From NCBI GenBank assembly GCA_034780895.1, contig JAUZTB010000002.1, positions 44,985,576 to 45,049,575 of the forward strand: a DNA stretch of 64,000 nt, read 5' to 3'. Below are positions 1-12,630 of the stretch, piece by piece. Every line of letters starts with the position of its first letter. Within the stretch, counting starts at the first letter, position 1. Source of the DNA: Rhynchobatus australiae. Lineage: Eukaryota. Position numbers and translations under genes: made by a program. The notes below the pieces were generated by a model that saw nothing but the letters and a program-made list of their open reading frames with translations, had not been told where the DNA came from and searched no databases.

Positions 1-160
1 TGTAACTGTAACACTAATCCATTCTGCATTGGATTATTGTTTTCCCTTGTACTACCTCAATGCACTGTTGTAATGAAATGATCTATATGAGATGGCATGC
101 AACACAAAGTTTCCACAGTACCAAGGTACATGTGACAAATAATAAACCCATTTACCAATT
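1..160 (+). mobile_element. 3' UTR fragment of a Rex1-type LINE
   Basis: ctacctcaatgcactg...gtacatgtgacaaataataaacc matches the 3' UTR following the Rex1-type ORF at 52730-52870 and a stub at 12485-12592. Confidence 0.65.
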
Positions 161-3100
161 TATGTGCCCTGAAGACTACATTAATAAATCCTAGGCTACT
201 AAGTAGCGAAAACAGCAGTGTACTGTTCTGATTGAGAACAATGGATCAGAATCATTGGTTCCCTTTGTCTCTGTGTGCACTCAATATTTCCAGCATTTTC
301 TGCTCATGTTTTATTCTACTATTGTTGTTGTTGTGTTTCCAGTAAGATAATGATGTCAGTGTCTGCCCTGGAAAGCCTCAATGAACCAACAATGCATTGT
401 GGGTTGACTGATGCTGCCAATACTCTCTGTTACAGCTGGGGAGTGGGCAGAAGCATAAAGAGGCAGCAATAAGTGTGACTAAATTGAACAATGCCATTCT
501 ATTCGTGGAGGTTATCTGCAGATCAAATTATGGCAGATAGCAACAGCCCAGCCATTGCTTCTCCGATATTTTCTTTCTCTAAACGTTTCTAACAAATTGA
601 AGGAGATCTGGTATCATGAGACCATCTCTGTCATTCACTCAAAAGCAAATGAAAGAAATAAAGTAGCCAATATTTTTTTAACAAATGGCACAGTATTCCA
701 GAAAATAAAATGAAGATCCTAATCGTATGCAAGATAGCTAATTTGCATTGATTTAAAACTGCCTATGGAGGATTGTCATGAAGACAAGATGTTAAGTTTC
801 TTTGTGCTATTACCAAGTGGAGAAAAGACAATATCAGTATTGTCCCGCACAACAGGGCAGCAGCGCTAGCAAGTAATCTACATACCTTTCTCCATAATGA
901 GAATGCAAATTTGTTGATGATCATTTACTTTAACACCAGTGAGGTTATTGGCATCTTCCAGTTTTATTTCAATATGCATGAGAATAGTAAATGGAGGAAG
1001 ATGAATCAACAGAATAAATAAGTTGCCTGGAATCAATAGATAATTGAAAAGTTGCAAAGACTGAGGGAGTGTAATGCCAGATTTAATCAGAAATATACTG
1101 AGTTATTAAATTCTTTTAAGTTGTTGCCATGTTAAAATTTTGCAGATTTTTGAAAATGCCACCTAAATACCTATAATGATATTTAATGGTATTGTAATAC
1201 CACTTAAAATGTTCCTGTACTGTATAGCCAACAATTATTCATACATTGTGTGTTGACTGATTTAATTTCATCATATGCGCAGGGAAAATATCCCTCTTAA
1301 TTTATCATCAAGTTTTTGGAATGGGGACACTGGCCAGTATTACAATCCTGATAACCTCCAAGGCATTGAAAAAGAACATATTGATGGAGAAATGATTTTT
1401 CACCCTCCAGCCTCATCTACAGTTCATCTACTGTTCTGACGTAAATAATGTGTACAATCAATTAGTACATGAAATTATTTATATGTATTTATATGACATC
1501 GATAATTGACAAAGCTGATTATAATATCCAACATAACATGTCAGTTTAGTGNNNNNNNNNNNNNNNNNNNNNNNNNNNNNNNNNNNNNNNNNNNNNNNNN
1601 NNNNNNNNNNNNNNNNNNNNNNNNNNNNNNNNNNNNNNNNNNNNNNNNNNNNNNNNNNNNNNNNNNNNNNNNNNNNNNNNNNNNNNNNNNNNNNNNNNNN
1701 NNNNNNNNNNNNNNNNNNNNNNNNNNNNNNNNNNNNNNNNNNNNNNNNNNNNNNNNNNNNNNNNNNNNNNNNNNNNNNNNNNNNNNNNNNNNNNNNNNNN
1801 NNNNNNNNNNNNNNNNNNNNNNNNNNNNNNNNNNNNNNNNNNNNNNNNNNNNNNNNNNNNNNNNNNNNNNNNNNNNNNNNNNNNNNNNNNNNNNNNNNNN
1901 NNNNNNNNNNNNNNNNNNNNNNNNNNNNNNNNNNNNNNNNNNNNNNNNNNNNNNNNNNNNNNNNNNNNNNNNNNNNNNNNNNNNNNNNNNNNNNNNNNNN
2001 NNNNNNNNNNNNNNNNNNNNNNNNNNNNNNNNNNNNNNNNNNNNNNNNNNNNNNNNNNNNNNNNNNNNNNNNNNNNNNNNNNNNNNNNNNNNNNNNNNNN
2101 NNNTACTCTAATACAGCACACTACACCCTATATTAATGGACTACCACAGCTGAAGCTTGTCTTTTGTTATGTATGAGGGTATTTTGAGCAAGATTTTGAA
2201 ACTGGTGAACATATTTTCATGAATATAAAGTTTAAGATATTGTAAGGATATTAGTGAATGTTACAAAAGTATGAGTGCAAAAGCCTTGTGGGGGGGGGAA
2301 GAGAATTTTGTGGTATGAGTTTTGTAAATGAGGTATATTGCACATGAAAAACTGAAGACTCATGTTTGTATTAGGCCTTTTGTGATCTTTAGGAGTTGCA
2401 AACTGGTTTATATTTAATGATGAATTTTTTGAAGTATATTATATATAAAACACTGTTTTAGTTTTAATAAGTTAAAAAAAATTACAATGAAGGATTTTAG
2501 GAATTTTGTTTGTGTTAGGGGATCATAACTTTCAATTCAGTTTGTTTTGGTGAAGCTCATTGACCTTATGCAGGACATATGTAAAGAATTACTTGCAGTC
2601 AATTTGCAATGGAACATTAATTTTTTATTGCACCACTCCATCAATTACAGAGTAGGCAAAGACTAACATACACAAATGTGTATATTTTACAATGGCAAGT
2701 TCAGAAACTTCTGAAGGAATAAGCAACATTTTGAAAAATGCATATCCTCAAGAGTGGGAGTAGAAGCATGCCTGCAGTAATTTTTAACTTTTGAAAGGTT
2801 TTTGATACACTTTCCAACATTCTGGTATTCACTGTTGCTTTTTGAAGTAAAAATGATGACAATTAAAGTAAGACCTTAGATGAATTTGGCAGCAACACAA
2901 TATCATATATAATGTGGAGTGCATTTCAGCAATGTCTAGGAGGGACCCTGAGTTCATCCACATACTGCCATTATGTGCACGATAGGTGAAAAAACTGAAC
3001 TGAGTGGTCGAACGTGGGATCCAGGAATAGGAGTCATCCTGGATAAAATCCAACATCTTGCCTTGTACTGCTTTTTTTCAGCTTCTGCAGAAAGTTTAAA

Positions 3101-5949
3101 TAAGGTACCAGATCAAAAGCTGTGTAAAATGGAAATGTGTGCATGTGTTGCTGGGGTGTGGGGATGTGCTTCTCTGAGCCTTGCACCTCTGAGATAATGT
3201 AAAACTCTGCCTAATTATACAAAATGTACTTACCCAAAAATAAATTTAACAACCATTAATGTGAAAGAATGCTCTACAGAGGCAAATAAGCAAATATTGG
3301 ATAATTTGAGATGACTCAACTCAAAGTGATGGATACAAGAAATATAAAACTGCCATTGTCAACTTCTCACACATGGAACCAGTGCAGAAATGCACACCAT
3401 CAGTACGTAATGTGGAAAACTGGCAGATGCTCAAGCGGATATTGTAGTTCGATCTTGTTGTGGTGTTACTGAGCCAGTCATGTTGACTGATAACCAGTGG
3501 TTCTGCTTTAACAGCCTGCTCCGTTGCTGGACTCCACACTGAGTCCAATGATCGAGCAGTAGGGCGCTGCAGGGAGGGTCTGGATATCCTTGCTCTGCCC
3601 CACTGCTTTACACCAAGATTGACTGGCAGGCAAATAGCAACCTCTTTAATTTGAATGGTGCCACTGACTCTGTTGAAAAATGTAAATGCATAATTTACTT
3701 TATTTGAATATTTNNNNNNNNNNTTGTTAGCATTTTAATGTATAATGTTAATAACATTTTAAAATTCTTTTCATTGTTTTAACTTTTATTTAAATTAATT
3801 TGTTTCAATCAGATATTTATACACTGCTACAAAAGCTCTCAAAGGCTCTCAGGGCATTCTGTAGAGTTGGTGAAGCCCATTCACATTCCAGTGCCTGTCT
3901 CACCTCTCTCAGATGCAGAGGGCCAGCTCATTTGACCCTCCAGAGTTGGAGAGCACAGGATGACTTGGCCCACTGGGTTTCAAGGTCTGTGGAATTTTGC
4001 TTTTACTGTTGAGCTGGTATAGTAGTATTAAATCATAGATTCTGTGTTTTGTACCCTACCTTCACAACGTTGATGGGTTTTATACTTTTTCTTCTGGCAA
4101 TGGTATTTGGCATAACAGCGTGGTTCTAGAGCAGAGTTATAGTTTATTTTATACTTCAGATTTATAGTATTGTTTTTGGGTTTAAAGACTCTGCAGTTCC
4201 ATTTTATTATATTTCCTGGTTGGATAAACTGTGTAGGTTTGAGGTATGACTGGGATTATGGCAATGTAATTACATCTTCTAGTCTGGTTATGTGGCACTA
4301 TTATCACAGGAAAACATTNNNNNNNNNNNNNNNNNNNNNNNNNNNNNNNNNNNNNNNNNNNNNNNNNNNNNNNNNNNNNNNNNNNNNNNNNNNNNNNNNN
4401 NNNNNNNNNNNNNNNNNNTATCAATTTTTAATTCTGCTTCTGTATCATTATGGTTAGTTTTTTGGTATAGCTTCACAGCATTATGAACATTTTCTTAGTT
4501 AAAATTCAGCTCACACTCCTTTCCATTGCATGTGTTGGAATACTCTTCAAATAAAAAAAACCCAAGGTAGCCAACATCTTTGAAAATATAATAAAACAGT
4601 GGCACCAATATGAATGTGCCAAAATACATCTGGGTCATGCAGTTTGTCGGATGCAGAGTCTCTTGTACTGCCAGAACCATTTCCAATTTTGTCCATGTAC
4701 AAAAGTCTCCCAGAAAGTACTATTGGGGGCCATCACAAGGCAGGTCTTCAGAGTCCTGCAAATAACAAAATAATACATTTCCACTTAGGGATGCAATAGT
4801 GGCAGAGGAGGGAAGGTTTGTGTGGGATGCACAGTAATGTGAAGGAGAGAGCTATTGAACAGCACTTTCATAATGGTGATCATCTGCTTTCTTCTGGGAA
4901 ATGAAGTGTTTTTTAAGATACTGCTCATGAGATAACTTCTACAATACTTCATAGAATTGTATTATGGAAAGTATTTCACAATTGTGTTTATGCCAAAACT
5001 TTGAACAAGTTGTCCAATTAGTCCAGTATCTTGGCTCACTATAAGAATATTTCAGTTCAAATGTTCCACTGGTGAAATTCCAGCAGGTGAGTGGTGTGCT
5101 TTTTATGTGATTAAGTTCCAACTCGTCACTGATTCTTCATGTCTTCAAATATAAGGATTCATGGTGAACTCCCACTGGAAAGTATAATTTGTTTGTCTGA
5201 GTTGGGGAAAAATGCCATCCAATACCAATAAGAGTGAAAGGTAGAATAATTAACAACAATAGAAAAGGATACAAAAATCATCAGAAATATCAAAAAATGT
5301 TTAGTTGACTAAATTCAGTATTACTGTGGTGCTATTAGTGAAGTTAACATGTAAGTGCATGAATGAGGCAGAACTAACGAAGAAAGCAACATGTGACATC
5401 ATCACCATTCCTGGTTCATTTTCATTCACCTGGAAAGAAGTGGGAAAGGTCACCAGAATGGATANNNNNNNNNNNNNNNNNNNNNNNNNNNNNNNNNNNN
5501 NNNNNNNNNNNNNNNNNNNNNNNNNNNNNNNNNNNNNNNNNNNNNNNNNNNNNNNNNNNNNNNNATGGATAATGGAAAACTGCCTAATTCATGCCAGGAA
5601 AACAAGAGGCAACCATAGCTGAACATCTGGACTTACCAAATACTTATGATGACAATCAGACCATGGTTGACCTTTATTTAACTGTTGCATACCCTCTGCC
5701 ACTAGTAACACACTCACCAACCAATTCTCCTTTTCAAGAAAATCCAATAATAATGATTTAACTTTACATTTTTACTCCTGAACTTGCATTTTCCACAAAC
5801 CAGTGACTCAATGGTGATGAAAGGAGTGAAATGAAGGAATGAAGTTGAAAAATGATATAAACCTATGAATTCCTATTGTCACAGTATGACAAGAATTCCT
5901 TCAGCTTTTGTATGTTTTGGCTTAGCTATTGAAAGAAAGAGTTGTGTTG

Positions 5950-6350
5950 ATATTATCTTTCATGCCACTTTAAGAATGTCCCAGAGAAAACCACAGCTAA
6001 TATACTTGTTGATGTTTAGGCTATATGATAATGAAGGAAACAGAGAAAGCCAATTTGCACACACTAGGCTCCAACAAACAGCAGTGTGATAATGAGCAGG
6101 TCATCTGACTTTGAGATGCCAGTTGAGGGAAAAATATTAGCCAAAATCCTGGGAATAATTTCCATGCTCTTCTTTGAAATAATGCTAGGAGAGCTTTTAC
6201 ATTTACTGCAAAGTACAGACAAGAACTCGGTTTAACAATCTCACCTCCAATATGCAGCATTCTTACACAGCATACCTTTTTTGTGCTTGGGTTTCTATAA
6301 TGAGTTTTGACTCTATGGCAAGAATGCTACCAACTAGCCACAGCTGGCAG
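5950..6350 (-). mobile_element. DeuSINE-superfamily SINE (SacSINE1/AmnSINE-like), decayed
   Basis: gccaatttgcacac...caaacagcagtgtgataatgagcag...ctcggtttaac...gctaccaactagccacagctg follows the recalled reverse-strand Deu-domain and tRNA-head consensus; related copies at 26.8, 31.2 and 47.7 kb. Confidence 0.65.
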
Positions 6351-7939
6351 TACCATTGTTTTTATTATCTGCATTTTATTGTCTTCTGGTATAACGAGAC
6401 ATTGAAATTCAGGGCTTTGCTATAAGAAGAGTTTTGCCTTGGAATGTATGCTTGGCTGCTAGGAATAAACACATCATTCAGTAACATAAGCACATTGTAT
6501 TCTGCTTGCAAAATACATCCCATTGAAGTCCATATAATGAGTTTCAGAGGCAGTATGTTATACATTGATGCTACTATATAGATGTTTAGCTCTTCAGGAT
6601 AATGATAAATTTCAAAGCAAATAACTTCTCATTGGATGGAAGGTCATTTTCTTTTGTATCATCTTGCTCCATATCAGAATATTCTACCATATGGGAAAAA
6701 AAGAACATAATTATCACTTCCAGATTTGGCTTTTATCTCTTTAGAAGACATTAACTTTCAGGTGCTAGGATTCTCTGCAATTAAAATAGCTCAGAATTAA
6801 GCATGCCTTCTTAATAACAAAATAAAATTATCTCAAGCTATTTTTGTTTCTACCATTAAGATTTTGTTGTGCAAAGATAATGGATTGTGAGTGCAGTACA
6901 GTGGAAACTTTAATAATCAAAAATATTTATTCTTTGAAACTTATGACAAGTATTTTCAAACTCTGCTTGGAGTTTAAAAGCTTCCAGTTTGAATCATGTT
7001 TGACCTTACTTTATGTGTGAGAGTCTAATTAAGATGACTCTTTTGGTATTCACTGAAAATCACAAAGTTTTCTTCCCATGGTGGATTAAAAATAGAACCA
7101 GATAGCAATTTTACTTTATTCAGAGAAAACAGTAAATTAAAATGTGATTTTACATTATTTTACAATTCAGCTTTATAATAGTCAAAGAAAATTTAGAGGA
7201 GACCTTTCTAGCATTGTAGCATTTTGCTGTATTTAAGAGGAGTGGGGAACATTCAGTGGCAATACAGAGNNNNNNNNNNNNNNNNNNNNNNNNNNNNNNN
7301 NNNNNNNNNNNNNNNNNNNNNNNNNNNNNNNNNNNNNNNNNNNNNNNNNNNNNNNNNNNNNNNNNNNNNNNNNNNNNNNNNNNNNNNNNNNNNNNNNNNN
7401 NNNNNNNNNNNNNNNNNNNNNNNNNNNNNNNNNNNNNNNNNNNNNNNNNNNNNNNNNNNNNNNNNNNNNNNNNNNNNNNNNNNNNNNNNNNNNNNNNNNN
7501 NNNNNNNNNNNNNNNNNNNNNNNNNNNNNNNNNNNNNNNNNNNNNNNNNNNNNNNNNNNNNNNNNNNNNNNNNNNNNNNNNNNNNNNNNNNNNNNNNNNN
7601 NNNNNNNNNNNNNNNNNNNNNNNNNNNNNNNNNNNNNNNNNNNNNNTGAGAAGATATTGGTGAGCTTCCTACTTGGATCATTGAAAGTGGGACCATTGTC
7701 ATCTGGTCCCAATATTTCCTATCCCATCATAGTCAGGAAATTACCTGCATTAGAATCTTTTCACAGCCCTGCACTATTGCTTCTAGAGTCCCCAAAGGGT
7801 GTTCTCTTGGCCTTCTGCTCGCTCTCATCCACATGTTGTCTTCTAGTGGATGATGCTGTGTATGCTGACAAGACCTGGTTTCATCTCACCCTTGTCTCTC
7901 CTCATCCCTTCATTGCTTCATTTATTGATCAGTCCTGAA

Positions 7940-8262
7940 AGAGAATCATATTTAGTATCAACAAATTATATGAAGTGAAATTTGTTGTTTTTGCAGCAGC
8001 AGTACAGTACAAAAACATAAAATTACCATAAATTACAAAAATAAATAATTAGTGCAAAAAAGGCATAACGAGATAGCGTTCATGAGTTCATGGACCATTC
8101 AGAAATCTGATGGCGAAGGGGAAGACACTTTCTGAATTGTTGAGTGTGGTTTTTCAGGCTCCTGTACCTCCTCTTTGATGGTAGTAAAGAGAAGAGGACA
8201 AGTCCCACAAGGTGAGGGTCCTTACTGATGGATGCTCCCTTCTTGAAGCACCACCTCTTGAT
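7940..8262 (-). mobile_element. Rex1-type LINE 3' end
   Basis: Reverse complement aligns by eye to 33100-33400, the 3' end of the Rex1 copy in this window. Confidence 0.8.
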
Positions 8263-8839
8263 TTTTAAAAAAAAAATCCATCTATGCTATGATGCTTTGA
8301 GGAATGGCTCAGAGNNNNNNNNNNNNNNNNNNNNNNNNNNNNNNNNNNNNNNNNNNNNNNNNNNNNNNNNNNNNNNNNNNNNNNNNNNNNNNNNNNNNNN
8401 NNNNNNNNNNNNNNNNNNNNNNNNNNNNNNNNNNNNNNNNNNCAAGTTTGAAGTGATGCCACCGAGGCTCTGGAAGGAAGTGTATAAAGGGGACTCAGTG
8501 GTCCATCAATCTACTTACCAGCAGGTTAGCAGAAATATTGTGTTGCTGACTGTGGTTGCATTGGACATCAAACTGCTATCATCTCTCTGGATGATGGCAA
8601 TCCCCCTCACACCTAGACATCTCTGACAGTACCTTTGCTGTTACCCGTTGATGAGTCAGTTTGGATTGCTGCTCTTCACACTATGATGTTGCAGTGAGCA
8701 CTCTAGGCTCACAGCTGCTGGTGGACATCCTCCAAGGGCATCTACAGCCTCCCCCACTGAAGGTCACAGCCTTTCAACTCCTTGGCTGCATGCACTGGAG
8801 AAGCAATGTGCCGGCTAGATTTGACTATTCCAATGGATG

Positions 8840-9280
8840 CCTGCCCATCCTTCCTTGTTCTATCCTCTCAGCTTATCCTGTTCGCCATCATCCCTATCAT
8901 TGCAGACCTACATTGCTTTCCAATAAAGTAAAGGTTCATTTTCAGAATTCTTATCCTCATTTTCAAATCCCTCCATCACCTCACTTCTCCCTCTCTGTGT
9001 AATCTCCTCCAGTCTAATAACTGTGAGAGGGTTACCTCATTGATCATTTAATTGCTCCATGACTGGTGAGTCATCCTTGACCTGCCAAAGCTATGAGACC
9101 TGGCATTCTCTTCTTAAATCTTTCTCCCTCTCTTCTATTCTGGAAGATGCTCCCTTTGAACTGATGTTGTAGCTGAAGTTTTAGTCATGGGCCTAAGTAT
9201 ATTGATGTCAACTCTTGTGAAGCTGATAAGAATGATTTGCTATGTTAGGGGTGCAGAATAAATGCAAGGTGATGATGCTG
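8840..9280 (+). mobile_element. L2 LINE 3' end, decayed
   Basis: ttcaaatccctccatcacctc...tgtaatctcctccag and terminal tgtgaagc...tatgttaggggtgcagaataaatgcaag resemble the L2 ORF2 end and tail. Confidence 0.6.
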
Positions 9281-10704
9281 TGATTTTTTTGCAGCGACCA
9301 GAAGATTAATTCAGCACCTAACATGTAAATAGTTCAAGATCCTTTTAAATACATTTTCTGGGGGCATTGAATTCTTTGTCCTATTTGATGGATTTTATTT
9401 GTTAAGGTCATATCTTGGCTGGACTGTGCACTTTGAAATGGGAATGTATACTGATTGATGTTCAGGTTTGCCTGCTCTGTTTGTTACAGGCATTTCTAAG
9501 GTGTGTATGCAAATAACTTAGATAGCAGTCTGCACACATCCTGTCCTCGTGACCATATAGGATGGGATTGTTGTTAGGTATGCAGCCAGAAATGGTGGAT
9601 AGATGCAGTTAGGTGTGTGGCCAGAGTCAGGGACTGAGAGCAAGGTTAAATGCATGGCCAGAGCATGGAGTCAGGGAGGTCGTTAGGATTGTGACAGAGC
9701 CAGGGGCTGGGAACCCAGTAAGGTGTGTGATTGAAGTTGCGGGTCAGGGATATGATTTGGGGTGTAGATGGAATCGGGGACTGGAGGAGGAGCTCGGTAT
9801 AATGGTGACAGACCTGATCATCACTCTACTCCCATTAGTCACAAAACCTGAGTGGATGTAAGTCAACCTCATTCCTGAAGGACTGCCTAAGGTGAAGAAA
9901 AAGGGAACATACCAGGAATTATTTTAATCTTGGCACTTATTAGTGAAGCATTTTCTGGCATTTATTTAATATAACTTTTCAAGCCAGAAATAATTTCACA
10001 CAGCAAGATTACATTTATTAAAATTCTGAAAATAAAGTTTTAAAACACTATCACAGCAATAACAGTGTCTGCAAATAATGGCCAAGTCCTCTGGATCCAC
10101 TGATCACTCAGAATGGCTGCCCACTGCAGCTGCCCACCTGATCGGATCCAGCAGTCCAATCTGACTGGCTTGCCACACTTTGAGTCAGTTGGCAAGATGT
10201 TAGCCATGAATAGACCTCAGGCACCATCGTCCAGGGATTCCACCTCTGGAATACCTCTGACAGGCTCTGAAGGAACACAAAAATGGGGTGGGATTTTGGG
10301 TTCTGCATAAAACTATGAAGGATTTTAATAGTTCTGTAATATTTATGATATTCTATGATGAAATCCACCGTAGCGTTGCCTAAGAGCTATCTGGTTATTA
10401 CTAAATAATATAACTGCAATACAGTTGTCTTTTAGGTTGNNNNNNNNNNNNNNNNNNNNNNNNNNNNNNNNNNNNNNNNNNNNNNNNNNNNNNNNNNNNN
10501 NNNNNNNNNNNNNNCTAATATCCAACTGAGGTACAAAAGTACTATAACAATACGATGATAATTATAGAAATGAAGAGAATTCTCTAATGGGCTGGACACT
10601 TCCTTTTAGTCCCATTATGTGGGCCATCAACTATTTCAGTGCAGTGGTTGTGCTTAATAAATCATTCCATGTGTCCATAGCAAAATGAATTCCTGATTAT
10701 TTAT

Positions 10705-10805
10705 GATAAAACACAGAAGGCTGGATGCACTTTAGTAGATCAGGCAGTACTAGTGGGGAGAGAGAGGGAGTCAACATTTCAGCTCATGGACACTTCGTCG
10801 GAACA
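10705..10805 (-). mobile_element. Penelope-derived short repeat with decayed hammerhead-like core
   Basis: Reverse complement reads ccgacgaag...ctgaaatgttgactccctct...ctgcctgatct; same family as 17970 and 27505. Confidence 0.6.
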
Positions 10806-10849
10806 GGAAAAGTGAGGGGAAAATTGTTTGCTCACTTTTCTACCTCAAC

Positions 10850-11280
10850 TACTCTAATCAATGATCTTGCTAACTTGAGTAGCTAAGAGACTTTAATGTC
10901 TTTTGCAAGGATTTTCCATTATAATTGCTTTGATAGGCATCATTAAAGACACCATTTTAAGCTCTCTTTCAAGATCAGAAAATTTACATTCTGCAGCAAG
11001 TTGCATTAAGTGTGAGCAGTATTGTTCAGTTATTTCATTTGCTTCTTGGAGGGTGCTGTGGATCACAATTGTCTCAAATACCACAGTCTGCTGTAGACTG
11101 AAATGTGCATTTGGTGCTGCTTTTGTTTTTATGTAGATACCAGTTTTAGTTGATGTTTCACAACTCTACTGTAGTTCTTTGCCACCACGATGTTGCAGGA
11201 TTTCTTACATTATCTGTGATTCTTGTCAATGTGTTTTAAGTCTGCAAAGCCATTTTCCCCAGTGGGGCAGAGTCACTCAG
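10850..11280 (-). mobile_element. Gypsy/Ty3 LTR retrotransposon gag remnant (K02A2.6-like)
   Basis: Minus strand reads KTKAAPNAHFSLQQTVVFETIVIHSTLQEANEITEQYCSHLMQLAAECKFSDLERE, resembling the gag pattern L.AHF.P..NV.FER..F....QE..E.I.QY...L..LA..C.F; no LTR or pol seen. Confidence 0.6.
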
Positions 11281-11314
11281 GATGAACACGGAATGACATG
11301 AGATGAGGTATGAT

Positions 11315-11625
11315 GGTTCAGTGGCTCAGTGTGGAGCACTACAGCATTCTAGCTCCAGTGATCTGGATTTGTTCCTAACCTCTGCTGCTGTCAGTATGGT
11401 GACTGTATGTTATGCCTGAGTATCTGTGGGTTTTCACACTCCAAAAATATGTTGACTGGTAGGTTGACTTGCCACAATAAATTACTCCTAATCTGGTAGG
11501 TGGCAGGAGAATCAGAGGGAGTTAATGAGTATGCAAGAGTAAATTACAGGGAAATAGGAGGAAGAATGGAACTGAGAGACAGCATTAATTTAATGGGTTG
11601 AATGGTTTCCCTCTATGATATTAAA
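11315..11625 (+). mobile_element. tRNA-derived SINE (V-SINE/HE1-like), old copy
   Basis: A-box-like gtggctcagtg head, degenerate core (gctgtcagtatgg...ctccaaaaatatg...ggtaggtt), CR1-like tail atgggttgaatggtttcc. Confidence 0.55.
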
Positions 11626-12004
11626 AAATGAAAAAAAGTCTGTCATTATTTTAGCAGTATCTGAATGCAGCATGCTGTGCTGAGTGTATTAGGCATTACT
11701 AATCTTTAAGCATCTTTATGAGATTGGTTGGCTAGCACTGGCTCTGATTAATTAGGTTAACTGTTAGAACTCAATGTTTCTTCAGAGCTGCAGTGTTAGT
11801 TGTCAGGCTGACTCAGTCAAGACAAAGTTACAAGAAATCCTACACAGCAGATTAAAAATCAACACCAAGCATACTTTAGGGCTGGTATTCACAAACCCAA
11901 AATGTGCAAACAGGCAGTCAATGGACTTCTGATTCATTCGCCCTGTGGCAAGTGTAAACAGTGACCTGTAACCCTTTGGTCTGAATCCATCCTGATCCTC
12001 CAGC

Positions 12005-12630
12005 GGCATGTCATGTTAATTCTCCATCCTACTGCCACACTGACCTGTCTGTTCTTGGCCTTCTTCATTGTTATGGAAAGTCCAAATGCAAATTGGAAGG
12101 ACAACATGTCAAAATCTTCCACTTGGGTAGCTTACAACACAATGGTATGAACATTGAATTTTCCATTTTCAGGTCATCCATACCCCTGGTGTCATCCACC
12201 CCACACATTCGCCTGTCCACCTAGTTTTCTTCTCCCTTTGTTCACGTCTTATATCCCCTCCTCCCACCTGGTCCCATCTACCCATCATTCCCTCCCTATC
12301 TGGTTCCATATAACGCCTATCAGCCTCTATTCCACACTCCCCCCACTACCCCCCACCTCCCTCTGTGCTGGTATACACTGGCAATCTTCCCCGTTCCCTC
12401 TGGGTCCAGATACAGCAGGGTCTTGACCTGAAATGTTGACTTGCACCTTTTTCCTCTGCGTATACTGCTTTTTCTTCCCTTTAGTACTACCTCAATGTAC
12501 TCATGTACAGAATGATCTGAATGAATGGCATTCAAACAAAAGCTCTACACTGTATTTTGCCTCATGTGACAATAATAAACCAATTACCAATTGACCTGCT
12601 GAGTTCCTCCAGCATTTTGTTTGTTAATCC
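12005..12630 (+). mobile_element. Penelope-like element 3' fragment (GIY-YIG C-terminus plus UTR), with a Rex1 tail inserted at about 12485-12592
   Basis: Translates with a frameshift as HTDLSVLGLLHC...KCKLEGQH..IFHLGSLQHNGMNIEFSIFR, typical of the PLE endonuclease end; then a C-rich UTR and agggtcttgacctgaaatgttgac. Confidence 0.75.
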
